From assembly GCA_905209865.1 (NCBI GenBank), contig CAJLUP010000001.1, positions 16,229 to 80,228 of the forward strand: 64,000 nucleotides of DNA. Reading direction: 5' to 3'. Under the pieces are notes generated by a model that saw nothing but the letters and a program-made list of their open reading frames with translations, ran no database searches and was not told the DNA's origin. This DNA is from an uncultured Lachnospiraceae bacterium (GTDB taxonomy: Bacteria; Bacillota; Clostridia; Lachnospirales; Lachnospiraceae). Made by a program: the position numbers and the translations under genes. Below are positions 10,546 to 20,862 of the stretch, in pieces (the first letter of the stretch is position 1; each line of letters starts with the position of its first letter).

Positions 10546-11547
10546 ATGAGAGAAGAATACGAACTGGAAGTTTTGGAAAAGTATGACATAGAAGTGAAAA
10601 GCACCCGAAGGATAAGGGGTGCGTTTTTTTGTGATACGAAAGAAGGGACGATGCTGCTCAAAGAGACAAAGATGTCAGAGCGGCGCGCCCCTTTTTTATA
10701 TCGTGCGCTGAGTGAAATAGAAAGCCGCAGCAACATAAAAGCTGACATACCTGTCTGCACAAAGGAAGGTGGATTTTGTGTGATGTCAAGGGAAGGCAAC
10801 TTGTATATGCTGAAAAAATGGTATCCGGGAAGAGAGTGCGACGTAAGGCAGGAACAAGAAGCTGCGTGGGCGTTTGGAACACTTGCGGATTTGCATAAGG
10901 AAATGGAAGATCTGGCTGTAAGGGTAGATCTTGGAGCTGATATGACAGGGAGGAATCCGGTTGAAGAGATCCGCAGATATAACAGAGAACTGAAAAAGGT
11001 TCGATCCTTTATTCGTTCAAGACCGGTGAAAAATGATTTTGAAATTTTGTTTTTGGAAAATTTCGACAAAATGTATTGTGCGGCAGATTGCGTTCTAAAA
11101 CAGATGGAAAGTTCGGGATGCAGACAGCTTTTTGAAGAGAGTGTTTCTAAAGGAAGCGTTGTCCACGGAGACTACAATCATCATAATCTGATTATGCTCA
11201 GAGACGGGATTGCCGTGACAAATTTTGAACATATGCATGTAGATGTTCAGGTGAAAGATTTTTGTTATTTTTTAAGAAAAGTAATGGAAAAAAATCAATG
11301 GAAACAAAAAACAGGACAAAAAATGGTGGAATCCTACGAACAGGTGCGTCCTTTATCGCAAAAGGAACGGGAGTTTATCGCTTTAAATCTTGCTTATCCT
11401 AAAAAATTCAAAAAGATCGCAGGGAGCTATTACCAGTCTAATAAGGCGCATCTTTCTGAAAAGAATGTAGAAAAACTGGAAATGTGTATTCGTCAGACAG
11501 AAGAAAAATATGAGTTCCTTAGTCGGATATTTCCTTTAAATTTATAG
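10546..11547 (+). CDS. CotS-family spore coat kinase-like protein
   Basis: Kinase-like fold with LADLH and VHGDYNHHN; sporulation-type promoter. Confidence 0.78.
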   Translation: MREEYELEVLEKYDIEVKSTRRIRGAFFCDTKEGTMLLKETKMSERRAPFLYRALSEIESRSNIKADIPVCTKEGGFCVMSREGNLYMLKKWYPGRECDVRQEQEAAWAFGTLADLHKEMEDLAVRVDLGADMTGRNPVEEIRRYNRELKKVRSFIRSRPVKNDFEILFLENFDKMYCAADCVLKQMESSGCRQLFEESVSKGSVVHGDYNHHNLIMLRDGIAVTNFEHMHVDVQVKDFCYFLRKVMEKNQWKQKTGQKMVESYEQVRPLSQKEREFIALNLAYPKKFKKIAGSYYQSNKAHLSEKNVEKLEMCIRQTEEKYEFLSRIFPLNL

Positions 11548-11624
11548 GAGTTTGTTGTATAATAAAACATATCGAGCATATAGGGGCGGATATAAAATTT
11601 ATATTTAGTTTAGGAGGTAATATT

Positions 11625-13364
11625 ATGGACTACAAAGCGAGGTATGAAGAATGGATTTCGAATTCATACTTTGATGAAGATACGAGGGCGGAGCTTGAGA
11701 GTATCAAAGAGGATGAAAATGAGATTAAAGAACGATTTTATATGGATTTGGAGTTCGGTACAGCAGGTCTGCGCGGTATCATCGGCGCAGGAACAAATCG
11801 TATGAATATTTATACGGTTCGTAAGGCGACACAGGGACTTGCGAATTATATCATTAAGAATGACGGTCAGGCAAAAGGAGTTGCGATTGCGTATGACTCC
11901 CGCCATATGTCAACAGAATTTGCAAAAGAGGCTGCCTGCTGTCTGGCTGCAAACGGGATCAAAGCATATATCTTTGAGTCACTGCGTCCGACACCGGAGC
12001 TTTCTTATGCAGTGAGAAAACTCGAATGTATTGCCGGAATTAATATTACGGCAAGTCATAATCCTCCGGAGTATAACGGCTATAAAGTATACTGGGAAGA
12101 CGGCGCACAGATTACGCCTCCTCATGACAAAGGTATTATGGACGAAGTAAAAGCAGTGGAAGATTACACAACGATGAAGACGATGCCGGAAGAAGAAGCG
12201 AAGGCGGCGGGACTTTATGAAGTGATCGGAGCGGAAGTGGACGACGCTTATATTGCAGAACTGAAGACACAGGTTCTTCATCATGATGCAATCGAAGCGG
12301 CGGGAAAAGATCTTAAGATCGTGTATACGCCGCTTCATGGAACCGGCAATATTCCGGCGCGCCGCATTTTAAAAGAACTTGGTTTTGAGAATGTATATGT
12401 CGTAAAAGAGCAGGAACTGCCGGATGGAGATTTCCCGACAGTTTCCTATCCGAATCCGGAAGCTGAGGAAGCTTTTGAGCTTGGATTGAAACTGGCGAAA
12501 GAGATCGATGCGGATATCGTACTTGCGACAGACCCGGATGCGGACAGGCTTGGCGTTCGTGTGAAAGATAAGGACGGCGTATATCACGATCTGACAGGTA
12601 ATATGTCAGGATGCCTTCTTGCAGATTATGAGATCGGACAGAGAAAAGAACTGAAAGGACTTCCTGAAGAAGGATATCTTATTAAGACGATTGTAACTTC
12701 TAATATGGCAGATGCAATCGCAGACTACTATAATGTAGGTCTTATTGAATGTCTGACAGGATTCAAGTATATCGGACAGCAGATCCTCGGATTTGAGACA
12801 AAAGGAAAAGGAGAGTACCTGTTTGGATTTGAGGAAAGCTATGGATGTCTGATTGGAACTCATGCAAGAGACAAAGATGCGATCGTAGCTACAATGGCAT
12901 TGTGTGAGGCTGCGGCTTACTATCGTACAAAAGGTATGACATTGTGGGATGCGATGATCGAGATGTATGAGCGTTACGGATATTATAAGGACGATATTCA
13001 GTCCATTACGATGAAGGGAATCGAAGGACTTGAGAAGATCCGTCAGATTCTTGCTTCTCTTCGCAGTGAACCGCCGAAAGAGATCGCCGGATATAAAGTG
13101 CTGAAAGTAAGAGATTATCAGGCAGACACGATCAAAGACATGGAGACAGGGGAAGTAACCGCAACAGGACTTCCGAATTCTAATGTGCTTTATTACGAAC
13201 TTCCGGACGGAGCGTGGGTATGTGTAAGACCGTCGGGAACAGAGCCGAAGGTAAAATTCTATTATGGTGTAAAAGGCGCTTCTATAGCGGATGCGGATGC
13301 AAAATCCGAAGAAATGGGAAAAGCCATTATGGAAATGGTGAAAAATCTTGACAAAGCAGTGTAA
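11625..13364 (+). CDS. pgm: Phosphoglucomutase/phosphomannomutase
   Basis: FGTAGLRG, TASHNP, DPDADR, FEESYG, RPSGTEPK. Confidence 0.93.
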   Translation: MDYKARYEEWISNSYFDEDTRAELESIKEDENEIKERFYMDLEFGTAGLRGIIGAGTNRMNIYTVRKATQGLANYIIKNDGQAKGVAIAYDSRHMSTEFAKEAACCLAANGIKAYIFESLRPTPELSYAVRKLECIAGINITASHNPPEYNGYKVYWEDGAQITPPHDKGIMDEVKAVEDYTTMKTMPEEEAKAAGLYEVIGAEVDDAYIAELKTQVLHHDAIEAAGKDLKIVYTPLHGTGNIPARRILKELGFENVYVVKEQELPDGDFPTVSYPNPEAEEAFELGLKLAKEIDADIVLATDPDADRLGVRVKDKDGVYHDLTGNMSGCLLADYEIGQRKELKGLPEEGYLIKTIVTSNMADAIADYYNVGLIECLTGFKYIGQQILGFETKGKGEYLFGFEESYGCLIGTHARDKDAIVATMALCEAAAYYRTKGMTLWDAMIEMYERYGYYKDDIQSITMKGIEGLEKIRQILASLRSEPPKEIAGYKVLKVRDYQADTIKDMETGEVTATGLPNSNVLYYELPDGAWVCVRPSGTEPKVKFYYGVKGASIADADAKSEEMGKAIMEMVKNLDKAV

Positions 13365-13376
13365 ACCCGATATAAC
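13348..13376 (+). promoter_or_regulatory. Putative sigmaA promoter of hup
   Basis: TTGACA, 17 bp, TATAAC, overlapping the pgm 3' end. Confidence 0.65.
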
Positions 13377-13469
13377 AGTATTTAAAGGCGGAAACTAGAG
13401 GAATTCAGATTGTTCCCCTTTAAAACGAATAACATTGTATGGTGATACAATTAAGAGGAGGATTTACCT

Positions 13470-13742
13470 ATGAACAAGACAGAATTGATTACAGCAATCG
13501 CAGAGAGCGCTGACATTTCCAAAAAAGATTCTGAAAAAGCGCTGAAAGCTTTTGTTGATGTTGTTACTGAAGAACTGAAAAAAGGTGAGAAAGTTCAGCT
13601 TGTAGGCTTTGGTACATTTGAAGTGAGTGAGAGAGCTGCAAGAGAGGGTAGAAACCCGCAGACAGGAAAGACGATGAAGATCGAAGCTTGCAAAGCTCCG
13701 AAATTTAAAGCAGGAAAAGCTCTTAAAGACGCTATCAATTAA
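13470..13742 (+). CDS. hup: HU DNA-binding protein
   Basis: MNKTELI...GFGTF...GRNPQTG...PKFKAGK. Confidence 0.97.
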   Translation: MNKTELITAIAESADISKKDSEKALKAFVDVVTEELKKGEKVQLVGFGTFEVSERAAREGRNPQTGKTMKIEACKAPKFKAGKALKDAIN

Positions 13743-13769
13743 TCAATTCGTTTGAATGCGCAGATAATG

Positions 13770-13807
13770 AAAGGCACTTACGATGCATGGCATCGCGAGT
13801 GCCTTTT
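13770..13807 (+). terminator. Rho-independent terminator after hup
   Basis: AAAGGCACT..CGATGC / GCATCG..AGTGCCTTTT stem followed by T run. Confidence 0.75.
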
Positions 13808-13972
13808 GAGTATTACTGCGCATAAGGCAAAGAGTATGCGGACAGACAGAAAATACATTTAGAGTATCCCTCAGATGTGATGGATATTATGACAGGACTG
13901 AGGAAAGAATGGGGATTCGTTTATTCTGAAGAACGATAAAAACAGCAGAGTCAGTGGAAGGAGGATGAGAGA

Positions 13973-14212
13973 ATGCGGCTTGATAAATTTTTGAAAGTAT
14001 CCCGTCTGATTAAAAGACGGACAGTGGCAAATGAGGCGTGCGACGCCGGCAGGGTTTCAGTCAACGGGAAACCGGCGAAAGCATCTGTGCAGGTAAAACC
14101 CGGAGATGTGATCGAGATCCGTTTCGGGACAAAGGATGTAAAAGCGGAAGTACTGAAACTGGAAGATACAACGAAGAAAGAGAAGGCGGAAGAATTGTTC
14201 CGGTATCTGTAA
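13973..14212 (+). CDS. yabO: S4-domain RNA-binding protein (YabO/RqcP-like)
   Basis: [17 protein letters not shown]; synteny with yabP-yabQ-divIC. Confidence 0.9.
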   Translation: MRLDKFLKVSRLIKRRTVANEACDAGRVSVNGKPAKASVQVKPGDVIEIRFGTKDVKAEVLKLEDTTKKEKAEELFRYL

Positions 14213-14229
14213 AGAAAGTGGAATGAAAA

Positions 14230-14257
14230 GCATAAATGAAAACAACCTTTCATATAT
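14230..14257 (+). promoter_or_regulatory. Putative sigmaE-type promoter of yabPQ
   Basis: GCATA, 16 bp, CATATAT; yabPQ is sigmaE-controlled in Bacillus subtilis. Confidence 0.6.
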
Positions 14258-14299
14258 ATAACCATGCTGTAAAAAGTTCGGAGGCGGGAGGGAGTTTTC

Positions 14300-14584
14300 A
14301 TGGAAGAACAGCGGATTGCAAAGGCGCACAAATTGATCGTAAACAACCGAAAGACGAGTACGGTGACCGGGGTTTTGGATGTACTGTCTTTTGATCTGAA
14401 TGAGATATTACTTGAAACGGAACAGGGGATGCTTATGGTAAAAGGAACGGATCTTCATGTCAACAGGCTGACGGTGGAAAAAGGCGAAGTCGATCTGTCA
14501 GGGAATATTGACAGTATTGCGTATTCAAGTGTAACTCCGCAGGCGAAGCAGGGGGACAGCTTTTTGACGAAGCTGTTTAAGTAA
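14300..14584 (+). CDS. yabP: Sporulation protein YabP
   Basis: H.L...NRK...VTGV.DV.SFD...LET..G.L pattern; synteny. Confidence 0.92.
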   Translation: MEEQRIAKAHKLIVNNRKTSTVTGVLDVLSFDLNEILLETEQGMLMVKGTDLHVNRLTVEKGEVDLSGNIDSIAYSSVTPQAKQGDSFLTKLFK

Positions 14585-14587
14585 AGT

Positions 14588-14947
14588 ATGATACTTGGAA
14601 TCGGAGCGGAAGCAGAGATTTTTCTTTATGCGGTGCTGGCAGGAGTTGAGGTGGCGGCTGCCTATAGAATATTAGTCTGTTTTCGAAACCTCGTTGTCCA
14701 CAGTTCGTGGGTGATGAGCCTGGAAGATCTTATTTACTGGTTTGGGGCGAGCGTGTATATTTTTCGGAAAATGTATGAGACAACGTACGGCGGAATCCGC
14801 TGGTTTTTTGTGCTTGGGATGCTGTGCGGCGGGGCGACCGGATATGCGGTGATGAAGACTGCCGTAAAATGGTGTGCCGGAATATGTGGAAAAAAAGAAA
14901 AAAATGAAAAATCGGGCAGAAAATCAAAGAAAGAAAAAAGAAAATAA
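14588..14947 (+). CDS. yabQ: Spore cortex protein YabQ (membrane)
   Basis: Hydrophobic, EDLIYW and GGIRWF motifs; follows yabP. Confidence 0.8.
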   Translation: MILGIGAEAEIFLYAVLAGVEVAAAYRILVCFRNLVVHSSWVMSLEDLIYWFGASVYIFRKMYETTYGGIRWFFVLGMLCGGATGYAVMKTAVKWCAGICGKKEKNEKSGRKSKKEKRK

Positions 14948-14950
14948 GTC

Positions 14951-14979
14951 TTGAAATGAGTTCGGAAAAAAGCTACAAT
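14951..14979 (+). promoter_or_regulatory. Putative sigmaA promoter of divIC
   Basis: TTGAAA, 17 bp, TACAAT. Confidence 0.55.
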
Positions 14980-15027
14980 ATTACTTAACACTGGGGAGTG
15001 CAAAGAAGAATGAATAGGGTGATATAA

Positions 15028-15369
15028 ATGAACGGTAAGAAGAAAAGAACGACGGATAGAAGACATATGGATCGCAGAAAATCAGCGAATCTTCGGAAAT
15101 ACAAAAGAAGTATTCTGATGATCTGTACGGTTCTTGTATTTTTGTCCGGGGTACTCGCGGTCGGCGCAGTGAAACTGCATGCGAAGAACAGTGAGTATAA
15201 AGCGCAGGAAGAAGAATTGGACGCGCAGATCAAGGCAGAAGAGAAGCGCGCGGAAGAAGTTAAGGAATACGAGGCGTACGTTCAGACAGATGAGTACATA
15301 AAAGAGACGGCGGAAGATAAACTTGGTCTTGTGAATCCGAATGAAATTATTTTTAAACCGTCTAAGTAG
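15028..15369 (+). CDS. divIC: Septum formation initiator DivIC/FtsB family
   Basis: Basic N-terminus, single TM, coiled coil, YIKETAEDKLGLVNPNE; synteny. Confidence 0.82.
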   Translation: MNGKKKRTTDRRHMDRRKSANLRKYKRSILMICTVLVFLSGVLAVGAVKLHAKNSEYKAQEEELDAQIKAEEKRAEEVKEYEAYVQTDEYIKETAEDKLGLVNPNEIIFKPSK

Positions 15370-15436
15370 AGCAGAGATAAGACAAAAAGCAGTTTGAAAA
15401 GCAGGATAGAAAGCAGAACAGGCATGTACGAAAGAT

Positions 15437-15466
15437 AACTCCGGGGAAGATTCCCCGGAGTTTTTT
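15437..15466 (+). terminator. Rho-independent terminator after divIC
   Basis: ACTCCGGGGAA / TTCCCCGGAGT perfect stem followed by T run. Confidence 0.75.
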
Positions 15467-15517
15467 GCGACTGGCGACAAGCCAAAGTCCGGGCTTGCCC
15501 GAGATCTTGGCAACCGC

Positions 15518-15557
15518 TTACAATCCCGGAATGTGCCTTTTGGCAATTCCGGTGATT
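15518..15557. repeat. 40-bp palindromic dispersed repeat, copy 1
   Basis: TTACAATCCCGGAATGTGCCTTTTGGCAATTCCGGTGATT; 38/40 identical to 60488-60527. Confidence 0.85.
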
Positions 15558-15610
15558 GCTGCAAAAAAGATCGAGATTCTTTTTACGCAATCAGGAAAGG
15601 AGTCATATTA

Positions 15611-17047
15611 ATGAAAGAAGGACAGGCTTTGCAAGGGAGTCCTTATGTAGAACAGATTGAAAAATATGCAAGCTCATTAAAGCAGCTTTCTCATACATTT
15701 TTAGAACTGGAGAAGCAGAAGGAAGAATTTACCGGAGCGGACATTGACGGCATGTTTGAACGGGTAAAAGAACGGGTGTGCAGGAAATGTGAAAAAAACG
15801 CATGGTGCTGGGGAGAAAATTTTGTTCATACATATCAGATGGGATATGATGTATTATCAGCGGTCGATCATTACGGAAATGAGCTGAATGTGGAGACGAA
15901 ACGCAAACTCATGCAAAAATGCGAGAAGGCGCCCCGTTTTCTTCGGGAAATGCTGGAAGGATTTCGGGATGCCAGGCAGAATATCATATGGACAAACCGT
16001 TTGGCGCGAAGCCGGGAGGGCTGTGCGTTTCAGATGGATCTTTTCGCAGACATTATGAAGCAAACTGTGAGAGAATTGGAAAAAAGTATTTTTACAGATG
16101 AACGGATGGAAAAACGGATTGCAGCCGCGCTCCGCAAATGTGGGATGCGTGTTCTTTATACTTATCTGTTTTTGAACGGGGAGGGAAAGTTTGAGATTCA
16201 TGTGACGGTTCGAAGCACGGGAAAAGAAAAAGGGACGGCGAAAGAAGTTGTTCAGGCTGTGTCAGAGGCATCGGGAAAACGTTTTATCCTTGCACAGGAC
16301 GGGCCTCAGGTAGTCGGTTTTCGTTACATGACGATCGTATGCAGGGAAGGTCCACGGTATTATACGCTGTCCGGTTCTGCGAAAATCGGGAAAGGATGCT
16401 CTAAAATATCGGGAGATAATTTTACACTGATGGAGATACCGGGGGGCAGAAAGGCGGCGGCCCTTTCGGACGGAATGGGATCCGGAGAGGAAGCCTGCAG
16501 GGAGAGTACGCTGGTAATCGAACTTTTGGAAGAACTGCTTGCCGCGGGTTTCCCGGAAAAAGCAGCAATTCAGATGATCAACACAACTCTGTCGGCGGGG
16601 CGTGAGGAAATCCATTATTCAACAGTGGATTTAAGCGTGTTTGATCTGTATTCCGGGGAGTGCGAGATTGTGAAGGCTGGAGCGTCCTCTACATTTATCA
16701 AGAAGAAAGATTGTGTGGAACATCTAAGTTCCACGAGTCTTCCGATCGGGGTGATGAATCAGATCGAGATAGATTCTGTCAGGAGAAAGCTTGAGGATGG
16801 AGATCTCGTTATCATGGTAACTGACGGGATCCTGGATGCACTTCCGGTGGGCGAGCAGGATATTTTGCTGGAGACGATCATTCAGGGAAGCGCAATCGCC
16901 AACCCAAAGGAAATGGCACATCATATTTTGGAGCAGGTGCTGGCGTGGACAGGGCGCGAACCGGCAGATGATATGACGGTGATTGTTGTCGGAATGTGGG
17001 AAATATATCGTTCGGACACTTTACAGGCGAGGATGAATTCGGTATAG
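15611..17047 (+). CDS. spoIIE: SpoIIE-family PP2C phosphatase, short form without N-terminal membrane domain
   Basis: CxxC, SGDN, LSDGMGSG, TDGILD, DDMTV; located between divIC and tilS as in B. subtilis; ATG at 15611 after AAAGGAG. Confidence 0.85.
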   Translation: MKEGQALQGSPYVEQIEKYASSLKQLSHTFLELEKQKEEFTGADIDGMFERVKERVCRKCEKNAWCWGENFVHTYQMGYDVLSAVDHYGNELNVETKRKLMQKCEKAPRFLREMLEGFRDARQNIIWTNRLARSREGCAFQMDLFADIMKQTVRELEKSIFTDERMEKRIAAALRKCGMRVLYTYLFLNGEGKFEIHVTVRSTGKEKGTAKEVVQAVSEASGKRFILAQDGPQVVGFRYMTIVCREGPRYYTLSGSAKIGKGCSKISGDNFTLMEIPGGRKAAALSDGMGSGEEACRESTLVIELLEELLAAGFPEKAAIQMINTTLSAGREEIHYSTVDLSVFDLYSGECEIVKAGASSTFIKKKDCVEHLSSTSLPIGVMNQIEIDSVRRKLEDGDLVIMVTDGILDALPVGEQDILLETIIQGSAIANPKEMAHHILEQVLAWTGREPADDMTVIVVGMWEIYRSDTLQARMNSV

Positions 17048-17054
17048 TTGACTT

Positions 17055-18518
17055 ATGATGAACAGAGCGGGAAGAGAAACAGAAAAAAGAATTGAAGAAT
17101 TGATCGTACAATTTCATATGATCGAACAGGGAGATGTTGTGATTGCAGGCGTATCGGGCGGAGCGGATTCGGTATGCCTGCTTTTGGCGCTCTGCGGTCT
17201 GAGGGAAAAGTATGGATTCGATGTAAAAGTATGTCATGTGAATCATTGTCTGCGGGGCGAGGCGGCGGATGCCGATGAGGCATATGTGAGAGGGCTGTGC
17301 GGAGAACTTAAGGTGGAATGCCGGGTTTTCCGAAAAGAAGTGGAATTAATTGCAAAAAAGCGGAAACAATCTTGTGAGGAAGCGGGACGCGAAGTAAGAA
17401 AAGAGGCGTTTGAGCAGATGTGCGCCGAAAACGGAGGAACGAAGATTGCGACCGCCCATCACAGAGATGACAACGCAGAAACGATTCTTCTCAATATTGC
17501 GCGGGGAACCGGAATCCGGGGTCTGTGCGGGATTGTTCCGATGCGCGGAAAACAGATAAGACCCCTTCTTTCACTTACGAGGAAACAGATTGAAGGTTAT
17601 CTGCGGGAGAGGAACATTGCGTGGTGTACCGATGCGACGAACGAAGAAGATGAATATACACGCAACCGGATCCGGCATAAAGTGCTTCCGGTGTTGGAAA
17701 ATGAGGTCAACAGGCAGGCTGTAAAACATTTGGAATCTTTGTCGCGTCAGGCAGAGGAAGTGTGTGAATATCTTGACTATGGCGCAGAACAGTTGTGGAA
17801 AACATGTGTCCGCATAGAAAAGAAGGAAAATGATACGGAGATATCAGCTCTTATGATTGAAAAAGAACCGTTCTTTCGGGAATTTCCGGCTGTAAGAAAG
17901 CTTCTTCTTCAAAAAGCGGTCGCAAAAGTACGGGGAGCAGAGAAAGATGTGACATCCGTTCATCTTCAGTCGGTATCGGAACTGTTTGAACGTCAGGTCG
18001 GAAAAAGTGTCGATCTTCCGGGCGGCGTGAGCGCAAGGCGGACGTATACCGGAATAGAACTTTGCAGGCAGCCAGAAGACTTGTTTTTGGAAGCCGAGAG
18101 AGCGGCACAGCAGAATTGTCCGAATGTCAGGCTGGATCTTCGTTTTGTGGAAAACGGAAACATTTCGCAGGCAGAAGAAATCCCGCAAAAAAGTTACACG
18201 AAATGGGTTGATTATGATATAATTAAATGCGGACTTTGCCTGCGGACAAGACAAAGCGGCGATTACCTTGTGATCGATGCGCAGGGAAAACGTCAGAAGA
18301 TGAAGTCATGGTTTATTAATGAGAAGATTCCGAAGGAAGAGCGGGATAGGATGCTTCTTGTCGCCGATGGGAATCATATCGTATGGATACCGGGATACAG
18401 GATGAGTATTGCGTATAAAGTGACAGAGAAGACAAAGAAGATTGTTGAAATAAAGATTACGGAGGAAGAAAGAGATGGCAGAAACGATCAGAGAGATGAT
18501 TTCAGAAGAGAAAGTTGA
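17055..18518 (+). CDS. tilS: tRNA(Ile)-lysidine synthetase
   Basis: GVSGGADS PP-loop, TAHHRDDNAET, RNRIRH. Confidence 0.95.
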   Translation: MMNRAGRETEKRIEELIVQFHMIEQGDVVIAGVSGGADSVCLLLALCGLREKYGFDVKVCHVNHCLRGEAADADEAYVRGLCGELKVECRVFRKEVELIAKKRKQSCEEAGREVRKEAFEQMCAENGGTKIATAHHRDDNAETILLNIARGTGIRGLCGIVPMRGKQIRPLLSLTRKQIEGYLRERNIAWCTDATNEEDEYTRNRIRHKVLPVLENEVNRQAVKHLESLSRQAEEVCEYLDYGAEQLWKTCVRIEKKENDTEISALMIEKEPFFREFPAVRKLLLQKAVAKVRGAEKDVTSVHLQSVSELFERQVGKSVDLPGGVSARRTYTGIELCRQPEDLFLEAERAAQQNCPNVRLDLRFVENGNISQAEEIPQKSYTKWVDYDIIKCGLCLRTRQSGDYLVIDAQGKRQKMKSWFINEKIPKEERDRMLLVADGNHIVWIPGYRMSIAYKVTEKTKKIVEIKITEEERDGRNDQRDDFRRES

Positions 18519-19002
18519 TGAGAAGATTCGGGAACTTGGAAGAAAGATCAGTGAAGATTATGCGGGAAAACAGATTCATTTGATCTGTGTATTAAAGGGC
18601 GGCGTATTTTTTATGTGCGAGCTTGCAAAACGGATCACAGTTCCGGTTTCTATGGATTTTATGTGCGTTGGAAGTTATGGGGACGGAACATCTTCAAGCG
18701 GAGTTGTCCGTATAGCGAAAGATCTGGATGAGTCGATTGAGAATAAGGAAGTACTTATAGTAGAAGACATTATTGATTCGGGCAATACGCTGTATTACCT
18801 GATCGATGTATTGAAAAAGAGAAATCCGGCAAGTATGCGCCTTTGTACATTGCTGGATAAACCGGACCGCAGAGTGAAGGATGTAAAGGTTGACTACTGC
18901 GGATTTGAGATCCCGGATGAGTTTGTCGTGGGATACGGGCTTGATTACGCCCAAAAATATAGAAACCTCCCTTACATTGGCGTAGTGGAAGGTGTGGAAT
19001 AA
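18475..19002 (+). CDS. hpt: Hypoxanthine phosphoribosyltransferase
   Basis: VLKGG, VEDIIDSG, FVVGYGLDY. Confidence 0.96.
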   Translation: MAETIREMISEEKVDEKIRELGRKISEDYAGKQIHLICVLKGGVFFMCELAKRITVPVSMDFMCVGSYGDGTSSSGVVRIAKDLDESIENKEVLIVEDIIDSGNTLYYLIDVLKKRNPASMRLCTLLDKPDRRVKDVKVDYCGFEIPDEFVVGYGLDYAQKYRNLPYIGVVEGVE

Positions 19003-19017
19003 TCAGGAGGATCAGTT

Positions 19018-20859
19018 TTGGATAATAACAGAAATTACAGAAGTGTGAATGGATTTACGATCATTACATTTATGGTGATCGTTTTTGGCGCGCTCTGGAT
19101 GGCGAATCGGATGCAGGTGCATCGGCAGGCGATGACGTACACAGAATTTGTCACACAGGTTGAGGCGAAGAATGTAGAAGAAGTTTACATTGATCAGAAT
19201 AAAGCAGTTCCGACAGGTACTGTCGTGTTTGTGCTGAAAGATACGGATGAGAACCGTTCGGTCAATGTTTCTAATGTGGAAAAGGCAGAAGAACTGCTTG
19301 AGAAGAATAAGGTTGCATATGAGATATCTGCGATCCCGGAAACGTCGATGATCTCTTCTGTGCTTCTTCCGACAGTGATTACGCTTGGCGGGATCATGCT
19401 GCTCTTTTTCCTTATGAACCGTCAGGGAAACGGAGCGAATGCAAAGGCTATGAATTTTGGAAAGAGCCGTGCGCGCATGACGAATCGTGACGAGATCAAA
19501 GTGACATTTGCAAATGTTGCAGGTCTTCAGGAAGAAAAGGAAGAACTTGCGGAGATCGTTGATTTTCTGAAATCGCCGAAAAAATATGTGCAGGTAGGCG
19601 CGCGGATACCGAAAGGAGTGTTGTTGGAAGGCCCTCCGGGAACAGGAAAAACGCTTCTCGCGAAAGCGGTCGCAGGAGAAGCCGGAGTTCCGTTCTTCAG
19701 TATTTCGGGTTCGGATTTTGTGGAGATGTTTGTCGGTGTGGGAGCGTCCCGTGTGCGTGATCTTTTTCAAGATGCAAAGAAAAACGCGCCGTGCATCATC
19801 TTTATTGACGAGATTGACGCTGTGGCAAGACGGAGAGGAAGCGGGCTTGGCGGCGGTCATGACGAGAGAGAGCAGACGTTGAATCAGCTTCTTGTTGAGA
19901 TGGATGGTTTTGGCGTCAATGAAGGAATTATTGTGATGGCTGCAACGAACAGAAAAGATATTCTCGATCCGGCGATCTTAAGACCGGGACGTTTTGACCG
20001 GAACGTGCTTGTAGGGCGCCCGGATGTAGGCGGCAGGGAAGAGATCTTAAAAGTTCACGCGAAAAATAAACCACTGGCGGAAGATGTGGATCTGAAACAG
20101 ATCGCGCAGACAACGGCAGGATTTACAGGGGCAGATCTGGAGAATCTGCTAAATGAATCTGCGATCATAGCTGCGAAAGAAAACCGGATGTTCATTCAGC
20201 AGAAAGACATCCGCCACGCATTTGTAAAAGTAGGGATCGGAGCAGAGAAAAAGAGCCGTATCGTTTCGGAGAAAGAACGGAAGATCACAGCTTATCATGA
20301 GGCTGGGCATGCGATTTTGTTCCACGTACTTCCTGATGTAGGACCTGTATACAGTGTGTCTATCATTCCTACAGGAGGAGCAGGCGGATATACGATGCCG
20401 CTTCCGGAGAAAGACGAGATGTTTAATACGAAGGGGCAGATGCTTCAGGAAATTACGGTTTCTTTAGGAGGCCGCGTAGCAGAAGAAGAGATTTTTGACG
20501 ATATTACGACAGGCGCTTCGCAGGATATCAAGCAGGCGACTGCCATCGCAAAATCAATGATCACGAAGTTCGGTATGTCTGAGCGTCTTGGTCTGATTAA
20601 TTATGATAATGACAGTGATGAAGTGTTTATCGGACGCGATTTTGGACATACATCGAGAGGATATGGAGAGAAGATTGCAGGAACGATCGATGAGGAAGTG
20701 AAACGAATCATTGACGAGTGCTATGCAAAAGCACGTTCTATTATCGAGGAACATCACGATGTGCTTGACGCATGTGCAAAGCTTCTGCTTGAAAAAGAAA
20801 AGATTACGCGCAGTGAGTTCGAGGCGTTGTTCGAGGACGGAAAATCAGAGGAGGTTTAG
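19018..20859 (+). CDS. ftsH: ATP-dependent zinc metalloprotease FtsH
   Basis: Two TMs, [29 protein letters not shown] start after AGGAGG. Confidence 0.96.
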   Translation: MDNNRNYRSVNGFTIITFMVIVFGALWMANRMQVHRQAMTYTEFVTQVEAKNVEEVYIDQNKAVPTGTVVFVLKDTDENRSVNVSNVEKAEELLEKNKVAYEISAIPETSMISSVLLPTVITLGGIMLLFFLMNRQGNGANAKAMNFGKSRARMTNRDEIKVTFANVAGLQEEKEELAEIVDFLKSPKKYVQVGARIPKGVLLEGPPGTGKTLLAKAVAGEAGVPFFSISGSDFVEMFVGVGASRVRDLFQDAKKNAPCIIFIDEIDAVARRRGSGLGGGHDEREQTLNQLLVEMDGFGVNEGIIVMAATNRKDILDPAILRPGRFDRNVLVGRPDVGGREEILKVHAKNKPLAEDVDLKQIAQTTAGFTGADLENLLNESAIIAAKENRMFIQQKDIRHAFVKVGIGAEKKSRIVSEKERKITAYHEAGHAILFHVLPDVGPVYSVSIIPTGGAGGYTMPLPEKDEMFNTKGQMLQEITVSLGGRVAEEEIFDDITTGASQDIKQATAIAKSMITKFGMSERLGLINYDNDSDEVFIGRDFGHTSRGYGEKIAGTIDEEVKRIIDECYAKARSIIEEHHDVLDACAKLLLEKEKITRSEFEALFEDGKSEEV

Positions 20860-20862
20860 TAT

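Noticed and set aside
15533..15610. N-terminal extension of SpoIIE in the ORF track
   Set aside because: Starts inside the palindromic repeat with no RBS; ATG 15611 has a good RBS.
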